48,119 nucleotides of DNA from a bacterium (GCA_963601815.1 CAVCGV010000001.1:1-48119); one strand, 5' to 3'. Shown: positions 1 through 13,147, counted from the first letter of the stretch. Notes: generated from the letters alone by a model not told the origin. Numbers and translations are program-made.

Positions 1-115
1 GTACTTCATGTGCCAATGAAGTAGTACTTCATGTGCTAACGAAGTAGTACTTCATGTGCTAACGAAGTAGTACTTCATGTGCCAATGAAGTAGTACTTCA
101 TGTGCTAACGAGGTT
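1..115. repeat. Tandem array of 23-bp palindromic units (5 copies, truncated by window start)
   Basis: GTACTTCATGTGC(C/T)AA(T/C)GAAGTA at 1, 24, 47, 70 and 93 (last copy degenerate); no unique spacers. Confidence 0.95.
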
Positions 116-203
116 GTCCTCATGTAAAAACGAGGTAGTAGTACCTCGTTTTTTACCTTATGCTGTGCCCGTAACATGAAGGAACATGACACAACACTGC
201 ATG

Positions 204-240
204 AAAAAAGCCATAGATGAATGAACACCTATGGCTTTTA
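204..240 (-). terminator. Intrinsic terminator after rpoC
   Basis: Minus strand AAAAGCCATAG...CTATGGCTTTTTT, ~30 bp past the rpoC stop. Confidence 0.8.
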
Positions 241-269
241 TCATTATATGGTTCTATATTCCGCTAAGT

Positions 270-3200
270 TTATTCTCCCATGTTGGAGTTAGAGTAATCG
301 AGAACATTCTTGCGGTTGGCCTGCATCCGCTCGTAATCTTCCTTTGACCCCACAATAATCTTGTCCCACTGACGAAGACCAGTACCTGCAGGAATCAAAT
401 GACCACAGATTACATTTTCCTTCATACCCTCAAGGTAATCCACCTTACCACGGATGGCTGACTCGTTCAGCACCTTCGTGGTTTCCTGGAAGGAAGCGGC
501 ACTCATGAAGCTCTTAGTACCAAGAGCAGCACGTGTAATACCTTGAAGAATCTGGGTAGAGGTAGCGGAAACAGCATCACGCACCTGTACAAGTTTCATG
601 TCGCGGCGCTTGAGACTTGAGTTCTCGTCACGCAACTTGCGGGCTGTGATAATCTGTCCTGGTTTGAGATTCTCGCTGTCACCGGCATCGGTAACCACTT
701 TCTTGCCCCAGATGCGGTCGTTCTCATCAGCGAAGTCGAGTTTATCAACCAACTCCTGCTCCAAGAATGTAGTATCACCCGGATCGTCAATACGAACCTT
801 ACGCATCATCTGACGAACCACCACCTCAAAGTGCTTATCGTTGATAGCCACACCCTGGAGACGGTATACGTCCTGAATCTGGTTTACGATATACTCCTGA
901 ACGGCAGTAGGACCCATAATGGCGAGGATATCGCCTGGAGTTACGCTACCATCAGACAACGGAGTACCGGCACGTACGGCATCATGCTCCTGTACCAAAA
1001 TCTGCTTAGACAGAGATACGAGATACTTCTTCTGGTCACCCGTCTTAGAGGTTACGATAATCTCACGGTTACCACGCTTTACCTTACCCATGGTTACCTC
1101 ACCGTCGATTTCGGACACGACAGCAGGGTTAGACGGATTACGCGCCTCAAGAAGCTCGGTTACACGTGGAAGACCACCGGTAATATCACCTGCACCACCT
1201 ACGGCACGAGGAATCTTAACCAATACCTCACCCGTCTTGATGGTCTGACCATCCTCTACAGCGAGGTGACCACCCACAGGGAAGTTGTATGTACCGACAA
1301 CCTCACCCTTGGCATCAACTACATCACAAGATGGAACCATCGCCTTATTCTTAGAGTCGGTAATAATCTTCTCCTCCAAACCTGTGGTCTCATCGACCTC
1401 GGCGCGATAAGTCTGGTCTCTCTGTACGTCGTTGAACTTCAATGTACCAGCATACTGGCTGACGATAACGGCATTGAATGGGTCCCAGCGAGCAATGACA
1501 GTACCCTCATCTACAATCTCACCCTCCTTGTGGTAGAGAGAAGAACCGTAAGGTACATTCATTGTTGACAGCACAATCTTTGTGTTAGGATCCACAAAGC
1601 GGATTTCAGCCAAGTGGCTTACCACCTTCTCGCACTTCACATCGTTGCCTTCCTCATCTTCCTCCACGAATGGAACGGTGCTCAACTCGTCGAACTCGAT
1701 GAGAGACTTGTTCTTAGCCTCAATCTTTGCATTGGCAGCAGCGTTAGAAGCAATACCACCGGCGTGGAAAGTACGGAGAGTAAGCTGGGTACCCGGCTCA
1801 CCGATAGCCTGTGCTGCGATGACACCTACAGCCTCACCCAACTGGACCATACGTGCAGTGGCAAGGTTGCGTCCATAACACTTCATACAAACGCCCTTCT
1901 TGCTCTCGCAAGTCAATACGGAACGGATTTCGACGCTCTCTATTGGAGAGTCCTCGATGGCCTTAGCCTTCGCCTCATTGATTTCCTCACCAGACTTAAC
2001 GATAAGTTCTCCGGTAGTAGGATGTATGATGTCGTGTACAGATACACGTCCCAAGATACGCTCATAAAGAGAAGAGATTACCTCGTCACCATTCTTTAAA
2101 GCTGTGCAAACCAAGCCACGCAATGTACCACAATCCTCTTCTGTGATGATGACATCGTGAGATACATCGACGAGACGACGTGTCAAGTAACCGGCATCGG
2201 CAGTCTTCATAGCGGTATCGGCAAGACCCTTACGAGCACCGTGGGAAGCAATGAAGTACTCCAACACGGACATACCCTCCTTAAAGTTGGAAAGGATAGG
2301 GTTCTCGATAATCTGCGCACCCTCGGCACCAGCCTTCTGAGGCTTAGCCATCAAACCACGCATACCGGAGAGCTGCTTAATCTGATCCTTAGAACCACGG
2401 GCTCCGGAATCAAGCATCATGTATACGGCGTTGAAGCCTTGGTCAGCCTCGGTCATCTCCTTCATCAAGATGTTACCCAAGTCGGTATTCACGTGAGTCC
2501 ACGCATCGATAACCTGGTTGTAACGCTCTTTATTGGTGATGAAACCCATGTTGTAGTTATTGGTGATTTCCTCCACCTCTTTGCGACCCTTCTCTACGAT
2601 CGCTTCCTTCTCTGGCGGGATGATAATGTCGCCAAGGTTGAACGAAAGACCTGCCACATAAGCCATGCGGTAACCCAAGTTCTTGATACCGTCGAGGAAT
2701 TCACATGCCTCGGCCATACCGACTGCCTTGATTACGTTGGAAATGAGTCCACGCAATGTTTTCTTGGAGATGACATCATTGAAGAAGCCTACCTCGTCAG
2801 GAATAATCTGGTTGACTATGACACGACCTACTGAAGTCTCGACAACATGTTTCTGCATCTTGCCGTCCACCAAGTCGTTGACAATCACCTTTACCAGTGC
2901 GTGCAGATCGCATCGACCTTCATTGTGCGCAATCAACGCCTCTTCAGCGCCATAGAAGGACAAGCCTTCACCCTTGGCACCCGGACGAATTTTGGTAATA
3001 TAGTAGAGACCGAGCACCATATCCTGAGAAGGAACGGTGATAGGTGCGCCATTAGCAGGATTGAGGATGTTATGGCTCTGGAGCATCAGGATCTGAGCCT
3101 CCAAGACAGCCTCGTTGCTCAACGGAAGGTGCACAGCCATCTGGTCACCGTCGAAGTCGGCGTTGAACGCAGTACATGCCAACGGGTGCAACTGGATAGC

Positions 3201-4601
3201 TTTACCCTCTATCATCTTAGGCTGGAAAGCCTGGATACCGAGACGGTGAAGTGTAGGGGCACGGTTTAGCATGACAGGGTGTCCCTTCATCACATTCTCG
3301 AGGATATCCCAGATGACAGGCTCACGACGGTCGACGATACGCTTAGCGCTCTTGACTGTCTTGACGATGCCGCGCTCAATAAGCTTACGTATAACGAACG
3401 GCTTGTAAAGTTCTGCAGCCATCAGCTTAGGAAGACCACACTCACCCATCTTCAGTTCGGGTCCTACGACGATAACCGAACGGGCAGAATAGTCGACACG
3501 CTTACCCAACAGGTTCTGACGGAAACGTCCCTGCTTACCCTTCAGAGAGTCGGAAAGTGACTTCAAAGGACGGTTGCTCTCACTCTTAACGGCAGAACTC
3601 TTGCGTGAATTGTCAAACAAGCTGTCGACAGCCTCCTGCAACATACGTTTCTCATTGCGGAGAATAACCTCTGGAGCCTTGATTTCTACCAAACGCTTCA
3701 GACGGTTGTTACGAATGATAACACGACGGTAAAGGTCGTTGAGGTCGGAAGTGGCAAAACGTCCACCATCCAACGGAACCAACGGACGAAGCTCTGGAGG
3801 AGTGACAGGAATAATCTTCATCACCATCCACTCGGGTTTGTTGATACCCTTGCTGGCACGGAATCCCTCTACGACGTTAAGACGTTTCAGAGCCTCTGTT
3901 TTTCTCTGCTGACTGTTGTCGTTGTTGGCACGGTCGCGCAACTCGTAAGAAAGAGAATCAAGGTCTATATTCTGCAACAGCATATAGACAGCCTCTGCAC
4001 CCATCTTGGCGATAAACTTGTTGGGGTCTTCGTCAGGAAGGTTCTCGTTGTCAGGACTGAGCTTGTTGTCGATGATATCAATATACTCGTCCTCGGTCAG
4101 CAAGTCAAGCTTGTGCGAACCGTTCATCTCGACACCGTCTGCATCAGTCTTGCCTTCCAATACACCAGGCTGAACCACCACATATTTCTCATAATAGATG
4201 ACCGAGTCCAGTTTCTTGGTAGGCATACCCAAGAGATAACCAATCTTGTTGGGCAAGGAACGGAAATACCAGATATGTGCTACAGGTACCACCAGTTCGA
4301 TGTGACCAGAACGTTCACGTCGAACCTTCTTTTCGGTAACCTCCACACCACATCGGTCGCAGACGATGCCCTTATAACGGATACGCTTGTACTTACCGCA
4401 AGCGCACTCGTAGTCCTTGGTAGGACCGAAGATGCGCTCGCAGAACAAGCCGTCGCGTTCGGGCTTATATGTGCGATAATTGATGGTTTCCGGCTTTGTA
4501 ACCTCACCATACGAATTTTCCAGGATCTCCTCAGGCGAAGCGAGACCGATGGTAATCTTCGTAAAATTATTCTTTACCTTTATATCTTTTTTGAAAGCCA
4601 T
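270..4601 (-). CDS. rpoC: RNA polymerase beta' subunit
   Basis: 1443 aa; NADFDGD catalytic motif, N-terminal Zn-finger, follows rpoB. Confidence 0.99.
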   Translation of the reverse strand: MAFKKDIKVKNNFTKITIGLASPEEILENSYGEVTKPETINYRTYKPERDGLFCERIFGPTKDYECACGKYKRIRYKGIVCDRCGVEVTEKKVRRERSGHIELVVPVAHIWYFRSLPNKIGYLLGMPTKKLDSVIYYEKYVVVQPGVLEGKTDADGVEMNGSHKLDLLTEDEYIDIIDNKLSPDNENLPDEDPNKFIAKMGAEAVYMLLQNIDLDSLSYELRDRANNDNSQQRKTEALKRLNVVEGFRASKGINKPEWMVMKIIPVTPPELRPLVPLDGGRFATSDLNDLYRRVIIRNNRLKRLVEIKAPEVILRNEKRMLQEAVDSLFDNSRKSSAVKSESNRPLKSLSDSLKGKQGRFRQNLLGKRVDYSARSVIVVGPELKMGECGLPKLMAAELYKPFVIRKLIERGIVKTVKSAKRIVDRREPVIWDILENVMKGHPVMLNRAPTLHRLGIQAFQPKMIEGKAIQLHPLACTAFNADFDGDQMAVHLPLSNEAVLEAQILMLQSHNILNPANGAPITVPSQDMVLGLYYITKIRPGAKGEGLSFYGAEEALIAHNEGRCDLHALVKVIVNDLVDGKMQKHVVETSVGRVIVNQIIPDEVGFFNDVISKKTLRGLISNVIKAVGMAEACEFLDGIKNLGYRMAYVAGLSFNLGDIIIPPEKEAIVEKGRKEVEEITNNYNMGFITNKERYNQVIDAWTHVNTDLGNILMKEMTEADQGFNAVYMMLDSGARGSKDQIKQLSGMRGLMAKPQKAGAEGAQIIENPILSNFKEGMSVLEYFIASHGARKGLADTAMKTADAGYLTRRLVDVSHDVIITEEDCGTLRGLVCTALKNGDEVISSLYERILGRVSVHDIIHPTTGELIVKSGEEINEAKAKAIEDSPIESVEIRSVLTCESKKGVCMKCYGRNLATARMVQLGEAVGVIAAQAIGEPGTQLTLRTFHAGGIASNAAANAKIEAKNKSLIEFDELSTVPFVEEDEEGNDVKCEKVVSHLAEIRFVDPNTKIVLSTMNVPYGSSLYHKEGEIVDEGTVIARWDPFNAVIVSQYAGTLKFNDVQRDQTYRAEVDETTGLEEKIITDSKNKAMVPSCDVVDAKGEVVGTYNFPVGGHLAVEDGQTIKTGEVLVKIPRAVGGAGDITGGLPRVTELLEARNPSNPAVVSEIDGEVTMGKVKRGNREIIVTSKTGDQKKYLVSLSKQILVQEHDAVRAGTPLSDGSVTPGDILAIMGPTAVQEYIVNQIQDVYRLQGVAINDKHFEVVVRQMMRKVRIDDPGDTTFLEQELVDKLDFADENDRIWGKKVVTDAGDSENLKPGQIITARKLRDENSSLKRRDMKLVQVRDAVSATSTQILQGITRAALGTKSFMSAASFQETTKVLNESAIRGKVDYLEGMKENVICGHLIPAGTGLRQWDKIIVGSKEDYERMQANRKNVLDYSNSNMGE

Positions 4602-4632
4602 GTTTCTTTATTATATTATGGGGTTCTCAAAA

Positions 4633-7600
4633 TTAGTCAAGTTTGATGCTCAGTCCAAGACCGCGAAGTTCGTGGAGCAATACGTTAAGAGACTCAGGAA
4701 TACCTGGTGTAGGCATTGGATCGCCCTTAACGATAGCCTCGTATGCCTTGCTACGTCCTACAACGTCATCCGACTTAATGGTCAGAATTTCCTGCAGCAC
4801 ATGGCTTGCACCGAATGCCTCGATAGCCCAAACCTCCATCTCTCCAAAACGCTGACCACCGAACTGGGCTTTACCGCCAAGAGGCTGCTGCGTAATAAGA
4901 GAGTACGGACCAATAGAGCGGGCATGCATCTTGTCCTCGACCATATGGCCAAGCTTGAGGAAGTATGTCATACCCACAGTAGCAGGCTGGTCGAACTGCT
5001 CACCCGTTTCACCGTCATAGAGGTAAGTAGAGCAGAAACGAGGCAACCCTGCCTTGTCAGTCCATTCAGAGAGATCATCGAGCTTAGCACCGTCAAAGAT
5101 AGGAGTAGCAAACTTCACACCCAGTTTCTTTCCGGCAGCACCCAAGATACACTCAAAGATCTGACCCAGGTTCATACGCGAAGGCACACCCAGAGGGTTC
5201 AGCACCATGTCGACAGGACGTCCGTCTGCCATGAACGGCATGTCCTCCATGCGTACAACCTTAGAAACGATACCCTTGTTACCGTGACGACCGGCAAGTT
5301 TATCACCAACCTGAATCTTACGCTTCTTGGCAATGTAAACCTTAGCCATCTGGAGGATACCTGAAGGAAGCTCATCACCGATAGTAATGGCAAACTTGCG
5401 ACGCTTCAGTTCGGCATCAAGCTGCTTGTACTTGCGGATATAGTTCATGATAAGCTTCTGGATCAGACCATTGGTATGGTCATCGTCGGTCCAGTTGTTA
5501 GACTGTACGCCGTCATACTCAAGGTTTTTCAGCGCAGCAGCAGTAAACTTGCTACCCTTGGTAATGATTTCAGCGCCAGTATAATCCTTAACGCCCTCAG
5601 AAACCTTATCCTCTGTAAGAGTAAGGAGCTTGTCGACCAGGATATCCTTCAAGTCGTCGCCCTTTGCCTCGTACTCTTCGTCTATCTTGGCAAGAATAAT
5701 CTTATCCTGCTTCTTCGACTCACGTGTCTTGATGGCACGAGAGAAAAGCTTCTTGTCTATAACGACACCGCTCAAAGAGGGGTTTGCCTTCAATGAAGAA
5801 TCCTTCACATCACCAGCCTTGTCACCGAAGATGGCACGGAGCAACTTCTCTTCTGGCGAGGGGTCACTTTCACCCTTAGGCGAAATCTTACCGATCATGA
5901 TGTCGCCTGGCTCTACACGAGCACCTACACGAATCACACCATTATCGTCGAGATCCTTGGTAGCTTCTTCGCTTACGTTAGGAATATCGCTTGTAAACTC
6001 TTCTACACCGCGTTTTGTTTCACGGACATCAAGAGAGTATTCATCAACGTGTACAGAAGTGAGCACGTCTTCACGAACCATTCTCTCCGAGATAACAACA
6101 GCATCCTCATAGTTGTATCCCTTCCAGGGGATGTAGGCCACGAGCAAGTTGCGTCCCAAAGCCAATTCACCATTCTCGGTAGCATAACCCTCAGTCAGGA
6201 TGTCACCCTTCTTCACACGCTGTCCCTTGTCGCAGATAGGACGAAGGTCGATGGTCATGTTCTGGTTGGTACGACGGAACTTGGGAATGCGATACTCCTT
6301 CAGAGCAGGTTCGAAGCTGATGAACTCCTCATCCTCGGTGCGGTCATAGAGAATACGTATCGTAGTGGCATCTACATACTCAATAACACCTTCGCCTTCG
6401 GCAGTAATCATAGTACGCGAATCCTCGCACACCTGCTTCTCAAGACCTGTACCTACGATAGGAGCGTCGTTATGAAGCAAAGGTACTGCCTGACGCATCA
6501 TGTTACAACCCATCAAGGCACGGTGACCGTCATCATGCTCCAAGAAAGGAATCAGACCAGCCGACACAGAGGCAATCTGCTGTGGAGAAACATCCACATA
6601 GTCTACCTCGTCGGGAGCCACAACAGGATAATCAGCATCCTGACGGCACTTTACGACGTCACGGATAAATGCACCTTCTTCAGTCAGCGGAGCGTTACCC
6701 TGTCCGATGATCTTGTTCTCCTCGTCTTCGGCAGTCAGATATACAACATCCTCGTTAGCCATGTCCACCTTGCTGTCAGTAACCTTACGGTAAGGTGTCA
6801 CGATGAAGCCCAGGTCGTTGATCTTTGCATACATACAGAGAGAAGAGATAAGACCGATGTTAGGACCTTCAGGACTCTCGATAGGACAAAGACGACCATA
6901 GTGGGTATAGTGAACGTCACGAACCTCGAAACCGGCGCGCTCACGAGACAAACCGCCAGGACCGAGTGCCGAAAGACGACGCTTGTGGGTAACCTCTGCC
7001 AACGGGTTGGTCTGGTCCATGAACTGAGACAACGGGTTGGTACCGAAGAACGAGTTGATAACGCTCGAGATAGTCTTGGCATTGATCAAGTCGGTAGGTG
7101 TAAACACCTCATTGTCGCGAACATTCATGCGCTCACGGATAGTACGGCTCATACGTGCAAGACCGATAGAGAACTGGTTAGCCAACTGCTCGCCTACGGT
7201 ACGCACACGACGGTTTGACAAGTGGTCGATATCGTCGACAGTAGCACTTGAATTGATGAGCTGTATGAGATACTTGATAATCTCGATGATGTCGTCCTTT
7301 GTCAATACACGGACATCCATATCCGTATCAAGACCCAACTTCTTGTTGATGCGGTAACGACCTACCTCACCCAAGTCGTAACGTTTGTCTGAGAAGAACA
7401 GATTCTGGAACACTTCACGTGCACTTGCATCATCAGCAGGGTCAGCGTTACGCAACTGGCGATAGATGTAGTTGACAGCCTCCTTCTCAGAGTTGCTGGG
7501 GTCCTTCGCCAAAGTATTGAAGATAATGGTAAACTTGTTGGCAGCTTCCTCATCCTTGTGAAGAAGAATCGTAGAAGTACCACTCTCAAGTATTTCATCT

Positions 7601-8445
7601 ATATTATCTTCGGTAAGCTCAGTCTCACGATCCATGATGACCTCGTTACGCTCGATGGAAACTACCTCACCGGTATCCTCGTCAACGAAATCCTCATTCC
7701 AGCTCTTCATGATGCGAGCAGCGAGCTTCTTTCCTATGGCGGCCTTGAGGTTCTTCTTGTTAACCTTTACCTCCTCTGCCAAGTCGAAGATCTGCAGGAT
7801 ATCCTTATCCTGCTCATAACCGATGGCACGGAGAAGCGTCGTAACGGGCAACTTCTTCTTACGGTCGATGTAAGCATACATGACACTGTTGATGTCAGTG
7901 GCAAACTCGATCCAGCTACCCTTGAAAGGAATGATACGTGCAGAATAAAGCACGGTACCGTTAGCATGAACACCCTGACCGAAGAAAACGCCAGGAGAAC
8001 GGTGCAGCTGAGAAACAACAACGCGCTCAGCACCGTTAATGACAAAAGTGCCATTTTCAGTCATGTAAGGAATCGTACCCAAGAAAACATCCTGAATGAA
8101 AGTGCCGAAGTCTTCATGGTCAGGGTCTGTACAATACAGTTTCATCTTAGCCTTCAGAGGTACACTATATGTAAGACCGCGCTCCAGACATTCGTCAATA
8201 GTATAGCGGGGCGGGTCAATATAGTAATCCAGGAACTCAAGAACGAAATTGTTACGTGTATCGGTAATAGGGAAGTTCTCTGCGAACACCTTATACAAAC
8301 CGTCATTCTTGCGTTCCTCAGGCGGAGTATCCAACTGTAAGAAGTCCTTGAAAGACTTTAACTGCACATCGAGGAAATCCGGATATGGGTACGGATTATG
8401 AACGCTGGCAAAATTTACTCTGTTATCAACAATTTTAGTAGCCAT
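4633..8445 (-). CDS. rpoB: RNA polymerase beta subunit
   Basis: 1270 aa; [39 protein letters not shown] motifs. Confidence 0.99.
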   Translation of the reverse strand: MATKIVDNRVNFASVHNPYPYPDFLDVQLKSFKDFLQLDTPPEERKNDGLYKVFAENFPITDTRNNFVLEFLDYYIDPPRYTIDECLERGLTYSVPLKAKMKLYCTDPDHEDFGTFIQDVFLGTIPYMTENGTFVINGAERVVVSQLHRSPGVFFGQGVHANGTVLYSARIIPFKGSWIEFATDINSVMYAYIDRKKKLPVTTLLRAIGYEQDKDILQIFDLAEEVKVNKKNLKAAIGKKLAARIMKSWNEDFVDEDTGEVVSIERNEVIMDRETELTEDNIDEILESGTSTILLHKDEEAANKFTIIFNTLAKDPSNSEKEAVNYIYRQLRNADPADDASAREVFQNLFFSDKRYDLGEVGRYRINKKLGLDTDMDVRVLTKDDIIEIIKYLIQLINSSATVDDIDHLSNRRVRTVGEQLANQFSIGLARMSRTIRERMNVRDNEVFTPTDLINAKTISSVINSFFGTNPLSQFMDQTNPLAEVTHKRRLSALGPGGLSRERAGFEVRDVHYTHYGRLCPIESPEGPNIGLISSLCMYAKINDLGFIVTPYRKVTDSKVDMANEDVVYLTAEDEENKIIGQGNAPLTEEGAFIRDVVKCRQDADYPVVAPDEVDYVDVSPQQIASVSAGLIPFLEHDDGHRALMGCNMMRQAVPLLHNDAPIVGTGLEKQVCEDSRTMITAEGEGVIEYVDATTIRILYDRTEDEEFISFEPALKEYRIPKFRRTNQNMTIDLRPICDKGQRVKKGDILTEGYATENGELALGRNLLVAYIPWKGYNYEDAVVISERMVREDVLTSVHVDEYSLDVRETKRGVEEFTSDIPNVSEEATKDLDDNGVIRVGARVEPGDIMIGKISPKGESDPSPEEKLLRAIFGDKAGDVKDSSLKANPSLSGVVIDKKLFSRAIKTRESKKQDKIILAKIDEEYEAKGDDLKDILVDKLLTLTEDKVSEGVKDYTGAEIITKGSKFTAAALKNLEYDGVQSNNWTDDDHTNGLIQKLIMNYIRKYKQLDAELKRRKFAITIGDELPSGILQMAKVYIAKKRKIQVGDKLAGRHGNKGIVSKVVRMEDMPFMADGRPVDMVLNPLGVPSRMNLGQIFECILGAAGKKLGVKFATPIFDGAKLDDLSEWTDKAGLPRFCSTYLYDGETGEQFDQPATVGMTYFLKLGHMVEDKMHARSIGPYSLITQQPLGGKAQFGGQRFGEMEVWAIEAFGASHVLQEILTIKSDDVVGRSKAYEAIVKGDPMPTPGIPESLNVLLHELRGLGLSIKLD

Positions 8446-8484
8446 TAGAAGTCGTTAAATGGTTGTGTCAAAATATGAAAAGAC

Positions 8485-8523
8485 AAAAAAGGTTAGGATT
8501 CGCCTACTGGGAGAATCCTAACC
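8485..8523 (-). terminator. Terminator/attenuator between rplL and rpoB
   Basis: 11-bp perfect stem GGTTAGGATTC/GAATCCTAACC followed by T6 on the minus strand. Confidence 0.75.
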
Positions 8524-8549
8524 GTTATATTAAAAGATAAAATCTCTTA

Positions 8550-8927
8550 TTACTTGAGCTCTACCTTGGCACCAGCCTCTTCGATAGCCTTCTTCAGGTT
8601 CTCGGCCTCGTCCTTGGCAACGCCTTCCTTCAGAGTAGAAGGAGCACCGTCTACGAGATCCTTAGCCTCTTTCAGACCAAGACCGCAAGCCTCCTTAACA
8701 GCCTTAACGACCTGGAGCTTTGTAGCACCAACCTCAGTGAGGACAACGTCGAAAGAAGTCTTCTCCTCAGCTGCAGCTGCACCACCAGCAGCAGGACCAG
8801 CAGCTACAGCTACAGCTGCAGCAGCAGGCTCAATTCCATACTCGTCCTTGAGGACTGTTGCCAACTCATTAACTTCCTTAACAGTAAGATTTACCAACTC
8901 TTCTGCAATAGCTTTGATATCTGCCAT
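8550..8927 (-). CDS. rplL: 50S ribosomal protein L7/L12
   Basis: Ala-rich hinge, [19 protein letters not shown]. Confidence 0.99.
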   Translation of the reverse strand: MADIKAIAEELVNLTVKEVNELATVLKDEYGIEPAAAAVAVAAGPAAGGAAAAEEKTSFDVVLTEVGATKLQVVKAVKEACGLGLKEAKDLVDGAPSTLKEGVAKDEAENLKKAIEEAGAKVELK

Positions 8928-8983
8928 TTTATTCTAAATTTTATTTTTGTTTTATACTATAAATTGATTAACATTGTGTGGGG

Positions 8984-9502
8984 TTACTCAGGACGCTCGC
9001 CCAATGTCTTAAGCACACCGTGAATAGTGTTGCCTCCTGATTGGAGAGCAGAAACAACGTTCTTCGCTGGAGACTGAAGCAGAGCAACAATTTCTGCGAT
9101 GACCTCGTTCTTGCTCTTGAGTGCTGCAAGTTCGGCAAGTTTGTCAGCACCAACATAGAAGCTTTCTTCTGCATAAGCAGCCTTCAATGCAGGCACACCA
9201 TCCTTTTCGTACTCTTTCAGCAACTTAGCAGGTACATTAGCAGTGTTGGAGAACAACACGGCAGTATTACCCTTCAAACTGCCATACAGCTGAGAGAAAT
9301 CGATGTCTGAAGCCTCAAAAGCCTTGTGAAGCAAGTTGTTCTTGACGACAACCATCTTGATTTCACTCGTGAAGCACTTGCGACGGAGATTGCTTGTCTT
9401 CTCAGCGTTCAGTCCTGTAACGTCTACAAGATAGAAGTGAGGATACTCCTGAATCTTCTGTCCAAGTTCGGCAATAATGGTATCTTTTATTTCTTTCTTC
9501 AT
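8984..9502 (-). CDS. rplJ: 50S ribosomal protein L10
   Basis: VVKNNL motif; lies between rplA and rplL. Confidence 0.97.
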   Translation of the reverse strand: MKKEIKDTIIAELGQKIQEYPHFYLVDVTGLNAEKTSNLRRKCFTSEIKMVVVKNNLLHKAFEASDIDFSQLYGSLKGNTAVLFSNTANVPAKLLKEYEKDGVPALKAAYAEESFYVGADKLAELAALKSKNEVIAEIVALLQSPAKNVVSALQSGGNTIHGVLKTLGERPE

Positions 9503-9520
9503 TTTACAAAACTTTTAGAG

Positions 9521-10213
9521 TTATTCAACTGATTTTGGATCAATCTTGATACCCTTACTCATAGTGCTTGAAATAAAGATACTCTTGATATATGTACCCT
9601 TAGCAGCAGCAGGCTTCAACTTGATGACAGTAGCGATGAATTCCTTGGCATTTCCGTAGATCTGCTCAGGAGTCATGCTAACCTTACCGATTGAAGTATG
9701 GATAATACCAGCCTTGTCAACCTTAAAGTCTATCTTACCTTGCTTAACTTCCTTAACTGCCTTGGCAACATCCATCGTTACAGTACCGCTCTTAGGGTTA
9801 GGCATCAAGCCACGAGGACCGAGGACACGACCCAAGGGACCGATTTTACCCATGCAAGAAGGCATTGTAATGATGACATCAATGTCAGTCCAACCACCTT
9901 TGATCTTTTCAACATATTCGTCAAGACCAACATAATCAGCACCAGCTTCCTTAGCTGCAGCTTCCTGGTCAGGAGTACAGAGAGCGAGCACACGGGTAAC
10001 CTTACCAGTACCGTTGGGCAGAGAAACCACGCCACGTACCATCTGGTTAGCCTTGCGAGGGTCAACACCCAAACGCACATCAATATCGAGAGAAGCGTCA
10101 AACTTGGTAGTGGTAATCTCCTTTACCAACTCTGCTGCCTCTTTCAAAGTGTATGCCTTCCCTGCTTCAACCTTATCAGCTACTGATTTTTGATTTTTTG
10201 TCAGTTTACTCAT
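9521..10213 (-). CDS. rplA: 50S ribosomal protein L1
   Basis: [15 protein letters not shown] motif. Confidence 0.99.
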   Translation of the reverse strand: MSKLTKNQKSVADKVEAGKAYTLKEAAELVKEITTTKFDASLDIDVRLGVDPRKANQMVRGVVSLPNGTGKVTRVLALCTPDQEAAAKEAGADYVGLDEYVEKIKGGWTDIDVIITMPSCMGKIGPLGRVLGPRGLMPNPKSGTVTMDVAKAVKEVKQGKIDFKVDKAGIIHTSIGKVSMTPEQIYGNAKEFIATVIKLKPAAAKGTYIKSIFISSTMSKGIKIDPKSVE

Positions 10214-10234
10214 TTTTCTAATTGAAGTTATAAA

Positions 10235-10675
10235 TTATTTACCAGGGAAGTCCCCATTTACAGTAATACCCATACTTCTTGCAGTACCGGCGATGAGCTT
10301 CATAGCCGACTCTACTGTGAAACAGTTCAAGTCCTTCATCTTATCCTCTGCGATAACCTTCACCTGATCCCAAGTAAGGCTTGCGACCTTTTGGCGATTA
10401 GGCTGTGATGAAGCTGTCTTTATCTTAGCAGCTTCCTTCAGCTGAACAGCAGCAGGAGGAGTCTTGATGATGAAATCAAATGACTTGTCAGCGTAGTATG
10501 TGATAACAACTGGCAATACCTTACCTGCTTTATCCTGGGTACGGGCGTTGAACTCCTTGCAGAATCCCATGATGTTAATACCCTTAGAACCTAAGGCAGG
10601 TCCTACTGGAGGTGAAGGATTTGCAGCGCCACCTTTAATCTGTAATTTGATTAATCCAGCAACTTCTTTAGCCAT
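10235..10675 (-). CDS. rplK: 50S ribosomal protein L11
   Basis: [19 protein letters not shown] motifs. Confidence 0.99.
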   Translation of the reverse strand: MAKEVAGLIKLQIKGGAANPSPPVGPALGSKGINIMGFCKEFNARTQDKAGKVLPVVITYYADKSFDFIIKTPPAAVQLKEAAKIKTASSQPNRQKVASLTWDQVKVIAEDKMKDLNCFTVESAMKLIAGTARSMGITVNGDFPGK

Positions 10676-10736
10676 TTTCTTTGTTAATATTAAAAATTGA
10701 AAATTTTATAAAAGGACGTACATCCGTAACAATGCA

Positions 10737-11279
10737 TCATTCCTTTTCCACTTGCATAAAACCAAGTTCCAATGGAGTTTTACGTCCAAAGATCTTGACC
10801 ATAACCTTCAGTTTGTGCTTCTCGGAGTTAACCTCCTCGATAACACCACTGAAACCACTGAACGGACCATCTGTCACCTTCACAGCATCATTCACCAAAT
10901 AAGGAACATCAATGTTCTCCTCAATTTGTGTCTCTTCTGCTGTACCCAGCATTCTGTTAATGTCAGACTGCGGTACAGGTGTAGGGTTATCCAAACCACC
11001 AAGAAAACCGAGTACGTTGGGGAAGAAACGCAGCGTGTGCGCAACATCACCCTTCAGGTTGGCTTCTACGAAGACATAACCAGCAAGAGCTACCTTTTCC
11101 TTGACAACTCGCTTACCGTTACGTACAGACGCATATTTTTCCACAGGTATCAATACCTGTGAAACATTGGCTGCAAGCAAATTATTGTGCTTCATTTCAG
11201 CTTCGATGTATTCTTTCACCTTAGCTTCCTTGCCACTAACGGCTTTGAGCACATACCATTTATTTCCTGTGTCTGCCAT
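10737..11279 (-). CDS. nusG: Transcription termination/antitermination factor NusG
   Basis: WYVL..SGKE NGN domain, KOW GPFSGFSG, IFGRKTPLEL. Confidence 0.98.
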   Translation of the reverse strand: MADTGNKWYVLKAVSGKEAKVKEYIEAEMKHNNLLAANVSQVLIPVEKYASVRNGKRVVKEKVALAGYVFVEANLKGDVAHTLRFFPNVLGFLGGLDNPTPVPQSDINRMLGTAEETQIEENIDVPYLVNDAVKVTDGPFSGFSGVIEEVNSEKHKLKVMVKIFGRKTPLELGFMQVEKE

Positions 11280-11290
11280 TTCTTGAATAA

Positions 11291-11479
11291 TTAACCCGGA
11301 TAAACAACACCCATAAAGGCCTTAAAGATAGAATCCATTGCGAACACCACCAATGCAATGATCAAGGAAGCAGATAATACAACCATTGCACTATGAGTAA
11401 GTTCGGCTCGTGTTGGCCAAGTAGTCTTATGCGCAAGTTCATCGTAACATGCCTTGCAATAATTTACTATTTTATTCAT
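11291..11479 (-). CDS. secE: Preprotein translocase SecE
   Basis: ELAHKTTWPTRAEL plus one TM helix; between tRNA-Trp and nusG. Confidence 0.97.
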   Translation of the reverse strand: MNKIVNYCKACYDELAHKTTWPTRAELTHSAMVVLSASLIIALVVFAMDSIFKAFMGVVYPG

Positions 11480-11495
11480 ATTATCTTCTAATTAG

Positions 11496-11568
11496 CACGG
11501 GTTGAAGGGCTCGAACCCTCGACACCTGGTTTTGGAGACCAGTGCTCTACCAACTGAGCTAAACCCGT
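11496..11568 (-). tRNA. tRNA-Trp (CCA)
   Basis: Cloverleaf, anticodon loop CTCCAAA, GTTCGAG T-loop; 3' CCA not encoded. Confidence 0.97.
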
Positions 11569-11626
11569 AAGTAACTCCCACTTCCGCAGAAGCGGGAGTC
11601 ATTTATAGTAAACTGAGAATACTCAA

Positions 11627-12823
11627 TTACTGGATATCGTCAAGGATAGCTGTGATCTGGCCAGAACCTACTGTACGACCACCCTCGCGGATAGCGAAGC
11701 GAAGACCCTCGTTCAGAGCAACCTTGTAGATCAACTGAACCTCGATCTCTACGTTATCGCCAGGCATTACCATCTCAACTCCCTCAGGAAGCTTGATCTC
11801 ACCTGTACAGTCCATAGTACGGAGGTAGAACTGAGGACGATACTTGTTACCGAATGGAGTGTGACGACCACCCTCTTCCTTCTTCAATACGTAGATAGAA
11901 GCCTTGAAGTGATCGTGAGGAGTGATAGCACCTGGGTGCACAACTACCATACCACGCTTAACCTCAGCCTTATCGATACCACGGAGGAGCAGACCTACGT
12001 TATCACCAGCCTTACCCTCAGCAAGGATCTTGCGGAACATCTCAACACCAGTGATGGTAGACTTCTTGTCCTCACCAAGACCGAGCAGCTGAACTTCGTC
12101 ACCTACCTTGCAGATACCAGTCTCGATACGACCTGTAGCAACAGTACCACGACCTGTGATTGAGAATACGTCCTCAACAGGCATCAAGAAAGGCTTGTCG
12201 ATCTCACGCTCAGGCTCCTCGATCCACTCGTCAACAGTGTCCATCAAAGCCTCAACAGACTTAACCCACTTGTCAACGCCGTTCAAAGCACCGAGAGCAG
12301 AACCGCGAACGATAGGAGTATCCTCCTCATAACCGTACTGCTCGAGGATCTCATGAACCTCCATCTCAACGAGGTCAAGCATTTCCTCATCGTCAACCAT
12401 ATCGCACTTGTTCAAGAAGACAACCAAGCGAGGTACGTTTACCTGACGGGCAAGAAGAACGTGCTCACGTGTCTGAGGCATAGGACCATCAGTAGCAGCA
12501 ACTACCAAGATAGCACCATCCATCTGAGCAGCACCAGTAACCATGTTCTTCACATAGTCAGCGTGACCCGGACAGTCAACGTGTGCATAGTGACGCTTCT
12601 CTGTTTCGTACTCAATGTGAGCAGAGTTGATAGTGATACCACGCTCTTTCTCCTCAGGAGCATTATCGATCTGGTCGAAAGACTTAACTTCCTCAGAAGT
12701 ACCGAGCTTCTCGTTCAAAACCTTAGAGATGGCAGCGGTCAGAGTAGTCTTACCATGGTCAACATGACCAATCGTACCAATGTTCACATGCGGTTTGGTA
12801 CGCACGAATTCTTCTTTAGCCAT
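11627..12823 (-). CDS. tuf: Elongation factor Tu
   Basis: [20 protein letters not shown] motifs. Confidence 0.99.
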   Translation of the reverse strand: MAKEEFVRTKPHVNIGTIGHVDHGKTTLTAAISKVLNEKLGTSEEVKSFDQIDNAPEEKERGITINSAHIEYETEKRHYAHVDCPGHADYVKNMVTGAAQMDGAILVVAATDGPMPQTREHVLLARQVNVPRLVVFLNKCDMVDDEEMLDLVEMEVHEILEQYGYEEDTPIVRGSALGALNGVDKWVKSVEALMDTVDEWIEEPEREIDKPFLMPVEDVFSITGRGTVATGRIETGICKVGDEVQLLGLGEDKKSTITGVEMFRKILAEGKAGDNVGLLLRGIDKAEVKRGMVVVHPGAITPHDHFKASIYVLKKEEGGRHTPFGNKYRPQFYLRTMDCTGEIKLPEGVEMVMPGDNVEIEVQLIYKVALNEGLRFAIREGGRTVGSGQITAILDDIQ

Positions 12824-12887
12824 AGCTTTTCTTTTTTATTTATATAAATGAATAATCCTTTCCTCCATCATTCTGTCCGAATGATAG

Positions 12888-12959
<72 letters not shown>

Positions 12960-12969
12960 AAGGTAATAG

Positions 12970-13042
12970 AGCGGAAAACGGGGCTCAAACCCGCGACCCC
13001 CAGCTTGGAAGGCTAGTGCTCTATCAACTGAGCTATTTCCGC
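12970..13042 (-). tRNA. tRNA-Gly (TCC)
   Basis: Cloverleaf, anticodon TCC; D-loop GA instead of GG and T-loop TTTGA instead of TTCGA. Confidence 0.93.
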
Positions 13043-13053
13043 TTGTCAAAGAG

Positions 13054-13135
13054 TGGGTGGTGATGGATTCGAACCACCGAAGGTATAACCAGCAGATTTA
13101 CAGTCTGCCCCATTTGGCCACTCTGGTAACCACCC
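13054..13135 (-). tRNA. tRNA-Tyr (GTA)
   Basis: Anticodon loop CTGTAAA, long variable arm. Confidence 0.97.
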
Positions 13136-13147
13136 TTGTCTTACTTG

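Noticed and set aside
1..115. CRISPR array
   Set aside because: Units are contiguous with no unique spacers, and no cas genes are in the window
596..12847. Many long antisense or alternate-frame ORFs over rpoBC, rpl genes and tuf (e.g. 6049-7218, 4480-5364)
   Set aside because: Shadow ORFs expected from codon bias in highly expressed genes; no recognisable motifs
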